Notes: a model not told the origin generated them from the letters alone. A stretch of 64,000 nt of DNA from Callorhinchus milii (GCF_018977255.1 NW_024704758.1:7192001-7256000); one strand, 5' to 3'; positions 14,010-27,035 are shown, numbered from the stretch's first letter. Translations and numbers: made by a program.

Positions 14010-14115
14010 TACAAAATACACTGTCAATGCACTTTACTGTATATCCTGTGAATCGCTTTGAGATGTCTCATCGGCGTGATAAGACGCTATATCAAATGCA
14101 AGGATTATTAGTATT
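14010..14115 (+). mobile_element. SINE 3' fragment
   Basis: ...cgtgataagacgctatatcaaatgcaaggattatta. Confidence 0.75.
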
Positions 14116-14689
14116 AATATGACTGCAGAATACCAATAGACACTTGGTAACCTAAACCAGGTGTCTATAGGTATTCTGCAGCTGTATGCTAAAATGGCAG
14201 AGACTCAAGTGAATACTTGTTACTGAGGAAGGGGGAGAATGAAAGCTGAATTGATGGCAATCTCCTCAGCCGGCATGTTCACTTCTTCCACAGCTAAGTG
14301 AGAGTAATTATCTGTGGAGCTAATTCTTCCTTAAATAATAGACAGCAGTGATGTGTGGCATTCAGGCTTTGGTATAAAGGTACGTGTGGGATTCTCTTAA
14401 GAAGGTGATCAGCAGTAAAAAGAAAGAAAATGTCACCAGAGGCCTGAAATTCCACCTTGCCTACTTCTGGAAGCCCATTTTGTCTTAAAATGTAAGATTG
14501 CACAGAAGGTTATTAAATTGAATCTCAATTTGGAAGCCAATTTTTTTATAAGAACTGAGGGAATCAGCTTCCAAATTCAGAATGAGTTGATGAATTTTCC
14601 ACAGCTCTGTGTGATTTCATATTTTAAGACAACATCTTGCATCTCTATTGAGAGGGAGGTGACCATAGAGGTAGGTTTTCTCGCGGCAC

Positions 14690-15010
14690 AGAGAAATTAG
14701 CAATCACGTTCCTGTAATAAAGAAGCTTCTGTCAAACTGTATAAACCTCCATAAACACAAATCTACGGACAACCAAAGTTAATTATTACAAGAGTGAAAA
14801 CTGAAGAACGGCAAATTTATCTTTTAATAGAGATTAATGAGGAGGCCCTTCGCTAATTAAGACTAAAATCCAGGTAACAGCAGCTTTACTTGGCCTTCAG
14901 CGCACTAACTATTTAAACAAGCTGGACTAGCAAAGTATATAGTGAGACCCGAATCTATCTTGTCTCCCTTGTCTGTCCGGGCAATGAGAATAACTATCTT
15001 TAATGGGAAC
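14690..15010. promoter_or_regulatory. Candidate conserved non-coding enhancer
   Basis: Repeat-free block dense in TAAT/ATTA motifs (gttaattatt, gattaatga, ctaattaag) with retained CpGs. Conservation itself was not tested. Confidence 0.45.
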
Positions 15011-16377
15011 AATTTAATCCTCATTGTCTCACTTTGTTTGAGAATAAGGTTTTTACCTTTATTGTTGATGGGCTTATTTTCTTCTTTCTGCTTCTGTCTT
15101 TTCATTCTGTTTCCATATTCTTTTATGTCTCAGTTATATGCATACACTTGTGTGCGTGTGTGTGTTTACATGTACAGGTGTTGTGTGAGTATGCACATAG
15201 TGGGATTTGTGAACATTTACCAACACAAGGGGTATCTCACTCTGGACAGCGAGTGTCAGCACCGAGCTAAAGTACAGCAAGGCCAGATTCTGAGTAAACT
15301 CTGACAATGTGACTCAACCCCAAGCAGAAGAGGAACACAAGAGGCAATCTTAAACTTCTCATACAAGCTGCTACTTCTCTGTGCCAACACACACTTTTTG
15401 TAAAAATAAACATATTTCTTTACCTTTTTCCATTTTTCATTCTTTAATTTTCCATTATCCCGTCTTTCCAGTTTGGGGGTGGGACATGGGCTCCAATGCT
15501 GCTCATGTATATCATTCAAGTTGCCATTCTTCATGTGTGAGCCTAGAGAAACTATAGGACTATCACACCCAAGTCCCATCCTAACCTCACCTCTGCTCAG
15601 GCATATAGAAGTAAGTAGTGGGCATTATTTTCAAGTCATGGGCATTGCATCGCAGCAGTCACTGACTGATGGCATGGGATACTGACACAAATTGCAACAC
15701 TGTGCAATCTGATATTAACTAACTCAATGTGAAACAGTGATTGAACCTGGGATCCTTCTGGTCCATTTGGCTCAGTTCAATTTTGGGTATTGCCTTTACC
15801 AACTGAGCGATCAAACAAACACCAATCGGCCTCATTTTTACTTCGAGTTTCACGGCCCTTACGACCTCCAATCTTAACGGAAAGTATGACCTTTCCTTGT
15901 TCTACTTGACCTATCAAGCCAATTTCCTCCACATAGCATGTACAATTTGCCTTATAATAAACTGTACCCACTCAATCTCCTGAGAGATAACCAACCGTGG
16001 ACAAAACTCTAACAAGATAAGGCTGTGAAATCTCTCTTCACCTCACAGTTAATCGGCCAAAACTCCAAAATTGCAATGACTTCCAACATACTATGTAGCT
16101 CTGATTTCCTGGATTTCGCTTTCAATATAGCAGTTTTCTCTCCAGGATATCTTAGCTTTGTCCTCCAGCTCGATTGTCCTCTACTTCATTATCCTATAGT
16201 TCTATTGTCTACTGTCTGCAAACCATAATAGAGCTGATATGTGTATATCAAAAGATAGAATCTTACACACAGAAGGAAGCTTTTCAGACCAGCCTACCTG
16301 TGCTGCTACTATCTGTTCTTCTAATCTAAATCATCTTTTATTATTAATCCCATTTTCCGGTTCCTCCCCCATATGAC

Positions 16378-16590
16378 CACAAAATACACAGTCAATCCAC
16401 TTCATAGCATATTCTGTGAAGCGCTTTGAGACGTCACAACGACATGATAAGCCGCTATATCAAATGCAAGTGTGATTATTAGCTTTCAATAATAATCCTT
16501 GCATTTAATATAGCACCTTATCATGTCATTGAGACTTGTCAAAGATGCTTTGCAGGAGTTACTGTAAAGTGTAGTGACTGTATTTTGTTG
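16378..16590. mobile_element. Two SINE 3' fragments tail-to-tail (+ then -)
   Basis: ...caaatgcaagtgtgattatt agctttc aataataatccttgcattt... Confidence 0.8.
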
Positions 16591-17676
16591 CATTGGTGGT
16601 TATACAGTTCCCTCTTGAATGATTCTGTGGATGAACACACTACTGTCTTTTCCATAGTATTGTAAACAGATCTCTTTAACCAATGTGAAGGCCTCTCTCC
16701 TGGCAACATGACATTGACTCCACATCACTTTCAATTAAAAAGAGCAGCTTGGCTGAGGCGTTTGCTTTTAAATGATATGACCAATGTTAAAAATTCCCTA
16801 ACCAACGCTTGAAAGTTTTGAAGGAAGAAAGTGAGAGAAGAGAGAGTTCAGGACAATTCACACCCACCATTTTTACACAATTCAGGAGCAAGTAGCTTTA
16901 TTCCTGAGAGAAAGTCCTCCTAGTTACTACCCATCTAGTGAAATGTAAAAATAGAAACACAGCAGAGCGGGATTAGTAACAAAGGGTGATTTAGAAAAAC
17001 AGGCTACAATGCCACAGACAGACTGGGCTGAAACATTTCTCTCTCAGCTTTGCTTACATCAGCAGCTGGACTTAGACATTACAATACAATCTACAATACA
17101 ATTTACTTTTTTACAGCACCTTTCACATCTGGAGGACATCCCAAAGCACTTAAAGGTTCAGACAGGTTTCACTGTAAGAAAGTCTGATTTCACATGTCTC
17201 GCGGTAGGCAAGAGTGACATCCTGAGGCCTTATGCCAACCACCTGCTATTACAGCCAACGTAAGTGACATGTGCAATACAAGTTAAGACAAACACAACTG
17301 ATAGCTAAGGCACATGAAGCCTCAATACATCTTATAAACAGTGAACATGTCCACGCTCTTTACAACCTCACCTCTAATTCTAAACTTTTGTTCTTTTCAC
17401 AAAGTATCCGTCCAAACATCAATACTGTCATTTGCCCAGAGTATGGATCCTCCATACTAATAATCACCAAATGTTAATTGCACCAATTAATTCTCAATCT
17501 GTCGACCTCATTGTCTGTCTGCCTCCAGCTCTGGAGGTTACAGTCAGTTAAAATGGACTGATCTTTAAATTTCCTCCAGGGAAGTTTATTGCTGACAACC
17601 TTCCTAGCCAGATCAACAGAAAGGAAGCTGGTTTAGCATTTTCTGTTAATTGAAGCAATACTGAATTGACTGCATT

Positions 17677-17697
17677 GTGTGTGTGTGTGTGTGTGTG
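17677..17697. repeat. (TG)n microsatellite
   Basis: Seen directly. Confidence 0.9.
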
Positions 17698-17974
17698 CAC
17701 GCGAAAGAGAGCGAGTATGAAAAAAAAAGGGCATTGCGTGATGCTTAGTATTTTGTTCTCATGAGGTTCAGTAATGAGGATAACTCACTGTTCTGGGGAC
17801 TTTTCATAATCTTTCTTTCATTCCAAATGAATGGTGGCCAGACATACCAAGAAGGCAAAGTAGAGCTGGCTATTGATTGTCCTTTATGGCAAGCTTCCAC
17901 TTGTGTTTATTTATTATTTCAATACTTTGTTAAGCTTTAGAGTTTCTTTATTTACAAACTTAAGTTTTATCAGA

Positions 17975-18316
17975 ATAATAATAATCCTTGCATTTGATAT
18001 AGTTAACATGTTGTTGAGACGTCTCAAAGCGCTTCACAGAATATACTGTATACTGTATATTTTGTGGGCAAAACTGGGCAGCCAATTGCGCACAGCAGTG
18101 TCCCACATAGTCATGGATTAAATTTTGCTTTTGAAGGGATGATTGCCCCCGAATAGCAATCCGCCAATCAATTAACAAATGGGTTCCTACTTACTAGTAG
18201 GTAAACAGAAGTGTGTGGTGTCAGGAAACTTGCCTAAGGTTTCGCCCTGCTCGGGAATCGAACCAGGGTCCTCTTGTTTGCGAGGCGAGTTCTCTAAGCA
18301 ATACACACAGGACTCC
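17975..18316 (-). mobile_element. Full-length tRNA-derived SINE (tRNA head, CORE-like block, Deu-like block, L2-type (TTA)n tail); resembles elephant-shark SINE2-1_CM type
   Basis: Minus strand: B box GGTTCGATTCC, then CORE-like ccttaggcaagtt...ctgtttacct, Deu-like gtgggacactgctgtgcgcaattggctgcc, and tail ...atatcaaatgcaaggattattattatt. Family name recalled, not searched. Confidence 0.8.
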
Positions 18317-21039
18317 ACGTCATAAAATCATAAAATGGGCTCAGGTCCAAAGTAATTCTGAATTTGTTTGATCATACCCATTTTCAGTTTCAGAAAATCA
18401 GATATGGTTAGTCTCATTTAAATAAAGAGAGGCATGAAATCGTCAACAAAAAAAGCAATTTTTTCCCCCCTTCAATGCATTTCACTCAGTTCAGCTCAAT
18501 TCTCTCCATAGTCACTTGCTTGTGTCAAGCAGAAAGCTTAACCTATGTTGGCAATGTTGGAAATGAACGGAACTGGCCTGCACTAGTCGAAACAAAAATC
18601 CCAAGTAAAATAAATGGGAGGCATCTCGATGTACAGGGAATAGAAAAAAAAATCTAAAATTGGGTTTGCAAAACTTAGTTACTTCAAGATTTCAAAATAG
18701 ACACCAATTGCCCAACATCACACAATGTCACCAAATGAATCTCCTTTGATGGGCTCCATGTTTGCTCATACCAGTCCCCAGACTCGGAATGGATTGGGTG
18801 TGCTGTTTCCTTCATATGTTCAGCATGAGAAAATTGGGCTTTAATAAGACCATTATTGCTGAACCTTGCAGACTGTATATCAAAACTAGAACACCGCACA
18901 GCTGCACTTTGTGTTACAAAACAGTCTTTTCATCTCTGGAGCCTGAAGAGAGGATTCACTGGCAGCAATTCGCTCACTAATGGGTGGAAGAAAAGATGAC
19001 TAAAGGCCTTGGTTCTGTTTTTATCTAGAGTGAAGTCTCTGCGCTTTGATCCGTGGAATACCCTTGCTTCCACTCATTCACCTCAGCTACCCTTTTGTTG
19101 CCCCTCACTGTGACCAGTTCCTGATGGGCTCTCTGATCCCCTCCTTTGCCTCAAGTTCTTCCTTTAATTCTCTCACTGTCCAATCCTCACTATCTCTCAC
19201 ACCCACTTTGAATAAATATATATGTATATATATATACAGGCAAACTCTTGAACCCATATGCTGTGCTTATTGAATAAGCTCAATAAATAGAACATCTGAC
19301 TGATGCAATGCTATGCTTCAAACTTTTTAGTGTTAATATTCAACTAAGCACAGAAAATAATTATTTTGTTCTTTTGTCATGATATGTTTTCACTTGCACT
19401 GAGTGTCTCCCAGCTCCTCTCGTAGCCCACGCACTGTCAATGTCTTTCTTTCTCGTTTGGTACTTGAGATCCCACGCTCCCCTGCATGCTCCATGCTTGC
19501 TCTGCCTGTCCCTCATATGCTCTCCAATCTGTTTCTTCTTTTCGGACTGACTTGACCTTATTCCACTTGCTACCCTTTCCCATTACCTCGCACCTTCTTC
19601 CCCTCCCTCCCCGCCCTATTTTCTATGACCCTCCTTTTTAACTGGGTGTCCTCACAACATGCTCTTGGTCTCATAGCACTTACCAACAGGATACAAAGTT
19701 CAATGCATCACTGCAGATCAATTTCGTCCAACACTAGGACATGAGCTACATTTTTCTTCCATGCTCTGTGTCCTTTACATATTCCATTATGCAATGCATG
19801 AGCTATCATCATTATGTTGGTCCATTTATTTTCTTATCCTCAGTCAACACACTTGGGAAGAAAGCTGCAGAGGCAGGAGGTTTCCATTCCACTGAATTAT
19901 GTCTAGTAAATATTTTTATGGTTTGGAACCAGCAGCCTCTCCCAGTAAAAGGGGTTGCTCAGTGAAAAGATGACTGCAGCAATAAAAAGCAGTTATGTTC
20001 TGTATCAGGCATAGTGTCCCACTGATCAGAAGATAAGTAAGACATTTTGTTTGCCATTACCAGCTAAGATCACAGTCTCTCTCTTGCTCTCTCTCTGTTG
20101 TACTACACACTATGCAGTACTCTCGGATCATATTTTTATAATTTAACAGAAAAGAACAAAAGCACCAGAGCCGAACATATTGGGATCTCACCTGAATTCA
20201 CACAGGACTCGGGAATATTGAATCCTGCCTGTAATCAAATGTCTGTCTCATCGACCACAGGAACTCCACTCTGACTCGATTTATTTATTTGTGTCAGAGC
20301 AGACAAGCAAACATACACACACCTTCCGCTGTGTCAGAGGGAATGATCAGTTCTGGTTACTGTCAACATTCAATATTTCAGACTCATTTGAGAATTCAGT
20401 CCCGATTGATACATTTCTGACATCCTCCCCCTGTTCCCTCCAATCATTAGAACCAGTGAAACATTCAGCCAGGGTAAGTGAGAGCCGCCTGACTCAGTCC
20501 TGGTGTATAGCCAGGCCTGTGCATTGCTACCTCAGTGGTGTCACAATGCTACTCTATGCCAATGACGCGTTGTGTGTGATGCCAAGCAATTCACTCCATA
20601 ACTGGTGATGGCAGATCACTGAGATGGATACAAGAATCCATCTCAGCTTACTCCACACAGAAATTGTGAAGGTAGATAGGAAGCTACTCTTCCCATCAGT
20701 AGAGGAATATGAAACTAGAGAACCATCTTAACGTTACACCTAAGACAACTAAATGCGAAGACATTTCTTTGCGAAAAGGATTGTGAGAAGGTGTGACAAA
20801 TAACTCAGAAGAGACTAAGAAGACTAATCCAGAGGGCAGAGGCTTGGATATTAAAGGGTCGGCCTCCAATGGTGGCATGAATGGAGCAGAGCACGAGCAA
20901 GGAACCAAGAATCAAAGAAGAGAGAGTGGCCTTAAGATTGAGAGCTACTGAAGATTAAAGATAGGCTGGAGCAAGACCACAGAGGGATTTGAAAATGAGA
21001 ATGAGGACATTGGAATCAATCAGGTTGAAATGTCTCAAT

Positions 21040-21285
21040 GTGCTTCACAAATTAGTCATTTTGAAGTGAAGTGACTGTCATGATAAAGCAAAAGCAGTTG
21101 CTAATCTGCATCAGCAATGATGTCCAACACATATCAATGAGAGGAATAACCAATCAATCTAATATTTGGTAGATTGAAATTTGGAATATCGGACAGGGTA
21201 GTGCCATTGGATCTTTTACACACAGCTGAACCAACAGAAGTAGCTGACAGGCCTTGGTTTAACATCTCGTCCTTAGGACTAGTCT
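21040..21285 (-). mobile_element. Old degraded DeuSINE
   Basis: tagtgccattggatctttta...ggccttggtttaacatctcgtcc. Confidence 0.55.
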
Positions 21286-24200
21286 GTCTGTTCAAACCTC
21301 ACTAAAAGGAAGGTCTCCAGGAAACTGCTGTGTTCCAAAATACTAACAATGCCTTGAACGCTGGCTTGTGAAATGTTTCCTTATTTACTACTGTTTACTA
21401 TTAATTTAATGAGTAAGTGTGGAAGGTTTTAAGTTGAGAAGTGTGAAACCTCGGGGACCTTAAAGGGAAGTCGCTCTGTATCTTTGCATATAAACGTAAC
21501 AGGAACATCATAATGAGGGCACTTGTTGACAATACTGGCCCTGGGGTGCTCATTACTGGCCCAGGAGGAGAGTGCTAATGAGCACCTTGGGGTCCATAAT
21601 GACCATAACACCACAACCAAATGATCTTATCTCCATTATCATCATTCTGAACCTGTGACAAGGTTGGGAAGGTTTCAGCACTATGACGCCCTTTGAAGCT
21701 GTACGCCCTCTTAACAGAATTCCTGGGGTCAGATTTCCGTTCAGTGCACAGATAATGCACCATTAGTTAATCAGGGTGCAAAGAAAATTCAGTGTAGCCG
21801 CACTTCGCTCAATGCACACCCAGTGATGGTCGTCATCTGACATGAGAGCAAAGCAAACCAGCACAAGCTTTCTGCTTCGGTTTCAGATCATGAAATGATT
21901 CGATAGAGTGGATGTTGATAGGCTGTTTCCACTTGCTGCTGAGTTGAAAATGAGGGGGGCATAAATACAAAATAGCTAATGACAGATCTAAAAGGGAGTT
22001 TGGGTGAGAACGTCTGGTGAGAATGTGGAATATGAACACCAGCATGGACTAGATTGGCCACCTGGCTCGTTTCCATGCTGCAACAACAATTATATTTCTA
22101 ATTCCTATGTACACTTGTATAACTAAAATGTAAGCAGGGCAGGTACCAGGGCTGCTGATGTAGCTTAATTCTGTGTAACAAACCCTCTAACAACTCTCAC
22201 GTATTAATATTTACCGTAACCTACTTCAGAATAAATCACTTAAAAGCAGAAATTATAGTTCCACTTTTTATTTGGACTGGGCACATATGTCAGTTCATCC
22301 AAGTGTATATTCCCAAAGGATCTGAATGTGTAACAAAGCAGACCACAAATCAGCCAAGCCTGTCGGTGCTGTAAATAGGCCTTGGGTTGTGCACTGGGTT
22401 ACAGAGGTTAGCTTTGAATGGGTCCGTGGCTTGAAATAATGAAGAGCCGAGCAGGGCTGGCAAAACTTGTAGCGAGTTTGGTGGTTAGACGGGGGATTTA
22501 TCAGAACAGTCAGGGTGTGCGGGGTAGGTCTATGCACATAATTTATAAAGTAGACGGGTGTTCCTTGATAGCCAGGTGTAAAGCTTAGAGAAGTCTAGCT
22601 TGGACCTGCCAAGGTCTGCACCTGGCTATCAAGGAGTACAGAGAGCTATGAAAAAGCACATAGAAGAAAAAGCAGTGAGGTTCAATGGGGGCTTGCAGAG
22701 TGTTTGTTGGGACTATGAGGCAGGTGGAGTGTGCGGAGAGGTTTATTGGTGGCAGGCAGGCAGGCGTGGAGATCTGACAATCAGGAGCAGCAGGTCTGCC
22801 AATTATTTTGGTAGTTATCTGAATCCATTTCATGAACGAATTTCAGGCTCCATACAAGCTTCCGGGCAGATTAATTGTAGTGTTTGCGCTAGTGTCACCG
22901 ACCCTGTGTGTGGACCATTGGCCACTAATTAGGAGTAAAAAGATTTGTTTCATTCGAGTTTGTGCAAGTCATTTGTATTCCCTTTCAACGCTGCCTAGTT
23001 ACTTTTTCCCATTAGTACGGTTCTTACCATAACACTAATCAATTCAAAAAGCGTGACAACTATAATGTAGCATAAAAATTAGGAGCACAGCAATTTATTA
23101 TTAAATTAAGTGGGTTTTGGAAATCTGAAGGAAAGAAATAGAATGGCATTAATCTAGTCCATCAGAAAAACTGTTAAAGTTTGTTATTTAAGAGTTTTTT
23201 GCAGATTTTATTCTGAAGCATTCTTGTTATCCAACAGTTAAGATTTATGGAATTACCTTCTGGTCTGTCATTTTTCAAAAGGATATCAGATCAAAATATT
23301 TCCCCCATTAAAGTACTTTCTGTGCCATTTGAATAATATTTTTAACTCTTCACCTCTTTGAAAGTGCTACCATTTAGTTCCATTTACCTGCCTTTTTCCC
23401 CAATCACCTGCAAGTTATTCCTCTTTAGATATCTATCTAGTTCCCTCTTGAAGCTAATATGGATACTTCCTCGATTACAGCTCCCTGCAGGGCATTCCAC
23501 ATCCTAACAAGGCTCTGTGTAAAAAAATGTCTCCAATACTATACCAGTTTCTTCAGAAATAGAATAGGAATAGACAAGTGATTGCTCCTTCAAATTCCTG
23601 AAAATAATAAACACAATACAACCATGACACACTCTGCATATTGTATTTTATTTAATCTGAGATCAACCAAAGACCATTTCAGCCACTTTGGGCTATGATT
23701 TACATTGCTTACCTATGCTTCAAACCTGGTGTTTGTATCATATCTCACCTAACAGTGTGTTGGTCTCTACGTGACACTTTATTCTCCCACCCTGCCCACT
23801 ATGGTGTCTGCATTTCTTACACAGGAAACATTTGAAGGTATTCACTTGATTAATAAGACACATTGTTCAAAAGCACACACAGTGCACAGCGGAAAGTGAA
23901 GTTGTTCCCACAATAATCCCTCACTATCGTCAGATGCAGGCCTAATCATTACAAACCGTTGACAGAGCCAGAGATAGCAACACGTTATGATCCTAAACCA
24001 GATTGCGAAATGTACAAATTGACACTGCGAGGCTGACTTGCAAACTAGTGCGAGCTTGGCTTGATACCCACAGTGCGCTTTGCTAAACATATTACAATCT
24101 TCAGTTTCCTGCAGCTGAAACAGGAACGAGACCTTTTTGGAAGGTGTGATTAACAGATTCAGTCATTTCGGAGTTGAAGCTCTTTGTAACCAAAAGTATT

Positions 24201-25125
24201 GTCTTTACACTGATCAAGCATTCCACTGCTCCGAATAGGCTAAACAATAAAAGTTCAGTTTATAATTTCCATTACAAATGATTGCGCTAAAATTATGATA
24301 ACAGTAATACCAATTACACAAATGGATTAAATGGATTGGGAAGTTAACAATTTCACTGGAGTTTCATTATAAACTGGTTGAACCATGATTAACTATGAAC
24401 AAATGCTATATTTTCCATTTTCCCACCTTTCCATAATAAACCTTTTTGGAAGCCATGTGTGTACCGTGAAATATAGGCTATGAATAAGCTATCTTTGCTG
24501 ATTACTGTAGGAGATCAGAGTAGTTTACTGAAAATGTACCTTTAGGCTATCTATTAACTAAACATAATAGGACTGGTAGTCTTTCCCCCAAAGGAACTTC
24601 ATTTGGGTTAAGCAAGTATCATCTCAGTTTTCTGAAAATATGAATTGTGTGACACCGGGCACATGGAAAGCATGCAAAACAGATGAAATTCACTTAATTA
24701 TAATACCCACATAAATCCCAGCAGCATTATGAATGTCGGAACAAAATTGCTGCCATGAAATGAGTCAGGAAAATCGGTAAAATAATGATACCTTTAGAAA
24801 ATGTATCTTGTAAGTTTATCTCAACATTGGTGATCTGAACGCACGAGGTTAAAGAGTGAACAACGACAATTGCTTACATTCCTGAATTGACAAGATTTTG
24901 TATCATGGGGAAAAATAGGTAAATACACCTAAATCTATCTGTTAACATAACCTTCAGGGTACTGGAAATGGATTTTTAATACTTAGCAGAAATCCATGAT
25001 TAACAGGATAAGAGCTAATCCCTGAAATATGCAACATGATATAAATGTGTACCTATCTTAATGAATTTCTGACTGGTGATAGAGAAAGGAGATGACATGT
25101 AAGAGACAAAAAGTGAATGGCAAAC

Positions 25126-25130
<5 letters not shown>

Positions 25131-25161
<31 letters not shown>
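25131..25161. repeat. (GA)n microsatellite
   Basis: Seen directly. Confidence 0.9.
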
Positions 25162-25163
<2 letters not shown>

Positions 25164-25394
25164 ACGTGCAATATTGTTAAGTATTTAAAAGGGTTGAAAC
25201 TTGATTGAAGTGTTAAAGACAAAAAAAGTCTCAGGGCAACTTTTTGGGCCGATATTTGTAAATGGCAAGATTCAGAAAATATTGTAAAACTCCCACCAAT
25301 GCAATACAAAATTACATTTGTATCGCGCTTTTCACGTCCAGAGGACGACCCAAGTTGCTGGCAGACTAAGCAAGTTCTCTTTTGTTTTCAAATG

Positions 25395-25449
25395 CTTTGG
25401 GATGCTACCCTGCGTAAGGGGCACTATATAAATGCAAGTTGTTGTTGTT
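25395..25449 (+). mobile_element. ~50-bp L2-type tail-only insertion; near-identical copy at 54304-54355, related copies at ~455-503, 3128, 29015 and 37048
   Basis: gatgctaccctgcgtaaggggcactatataaatgcaagttgttgttg. Confidence 0.65.
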
Positions 25450-26779
25450 TTGAGGCATTATTGGCCCTGGTCAAGCAGGCTGATTAATTGCCGTACTTTG
25501 AGGAAACCTTCATCCCCCACCTTTTAGATTAGTTTTCTCGACTGGAGACTAGTAAAGGGCAAACTGAGACAATGGAGCTGCTTTAATGTTTGGATGGATA
25601 CTGACAGGGGCTTTAGATTACACGCACAAGATGGTGAACGGCTGGGGTGAGGCACAGAGGATTGGCTCACAACCACAGCAGCACTTAAACCGCTTGTATT
25701 GATATGATGGCCTCCACTTATATTAAAAGTTACAATCAAAGATATAAATCTTATTTTCATTAATACAAATAGGAGAAAGCTCATTAAGAACAGGCAAGGA
25801 GTTAAAGCACCACTGCTTTACCAACAAAGAGCACCAGCAGATGATGACATTTACTGACAAACATGTAGAAACATCCAGATCCATTTACTCTAAATGAACG
25901 GTTTCATGGTGCAATGTATCATGTCGACACAAATAAAGGATGAACATCAAAAGCCACAGTTAGTAATGGGGTTATTACTCAGTATTAGTGTACTTTACTG
26001 GGCTCTATCTTCATCTGAAGACATTAAATCTGAAACCTTTTACTAATACACAGAATCCTGAGTAATTACCTTTGTCTGTATGGATATTAAAGGGACCGCT
26101 TTTAAATTGCTGTCAAAGGACATACAAAGTGTACAAAGCGTACCCTTAGCTTTAGGTAATCTGCTATTCCTTACTGGTACCTTTAATATGAACTAATGAA
26201 AATTGTTTTTTATGTATTTCAAATAGGCCTTTAGGAGGGGTTTAGCAGCGTGCAACTAAACAATCTATAGTTACTAAATACCTCTTGTGAAAAGAATGAG
26301 GATAGATGTACTTTCTGATGTGTGCAGAATTTTTTATTTGTAAAGGACACTTGTAACATTCAAACAGTCACAATAAATATTTGCTAAATTTTCTAGCTGA
26401 AATTTTGATAATTCAAACCAGCGCAGTGATCTGCAGTTCCCTGGAGCTGAGGGACTGTGATGGGAGTAGCTGGCCTCACTATCCTCTGTACGACTTGTAT
26501 ATAAATCACAACCCCATTGGCAGGGGAAAGAGAACCTTATGTCCCATCAAATACTCCTGGACTAAAACTGTATCTTCACTGAGAATTACAGCAGCGTTTG
26601 CTACTTTTACTACACTCTAAGGTCTTTTAAGCTGCACCATCTGACTTTTCCAGGTCAGGAAGGAGCCAGGTTAAATTCAACCGTTAAAGAGTTTATATAT
26701 TTTTGTACACATTGGACAAAATGACAGTACTTGTATTCAGTGGAATATTCATACTGGTCAGTACATAACCATTGCATAA

Positions 26780-27035
26780 CCATAATAATAAAGTATACTT
26801 GCACTTTATTTAGCACATCGACACATCAAAGCTTATATACAATGAGTTCCTTTGAAGTGTAATAATAATAAGCCTTGCACTTGATATAGCGCCTTATCAT
26901 GCTGTTGAAACGTCTCCAAATGTCTCACAGAATATACTGTAAATTAAATTGACTCTATTAGACTATTAGTCAGGGTGAAACCTGTAGAAGCGTATATTAT
27001 GTGGGCAAAACATGTAGTGACTGTTATGCAATAAT
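26780..27035 (-). mobile_element. Younger SINE tail nested in an older SINE tail
   Basis: Old tail (acttgcactttatttagcac...tttgaagtgt) interrupted at ~26861 by aataataataagccttgcacttgatatagcgcc; the old sequence resumes at gtagtgactgttatg. Confidence 0.6.

Noticed and set aside
18240-18316. tRNA-like sequence with a B box
   Set aside because: No complete cloverleaf; it continues into a SINE body, so it is a SINE head. The same applies at 46075, 30730 and 32340.
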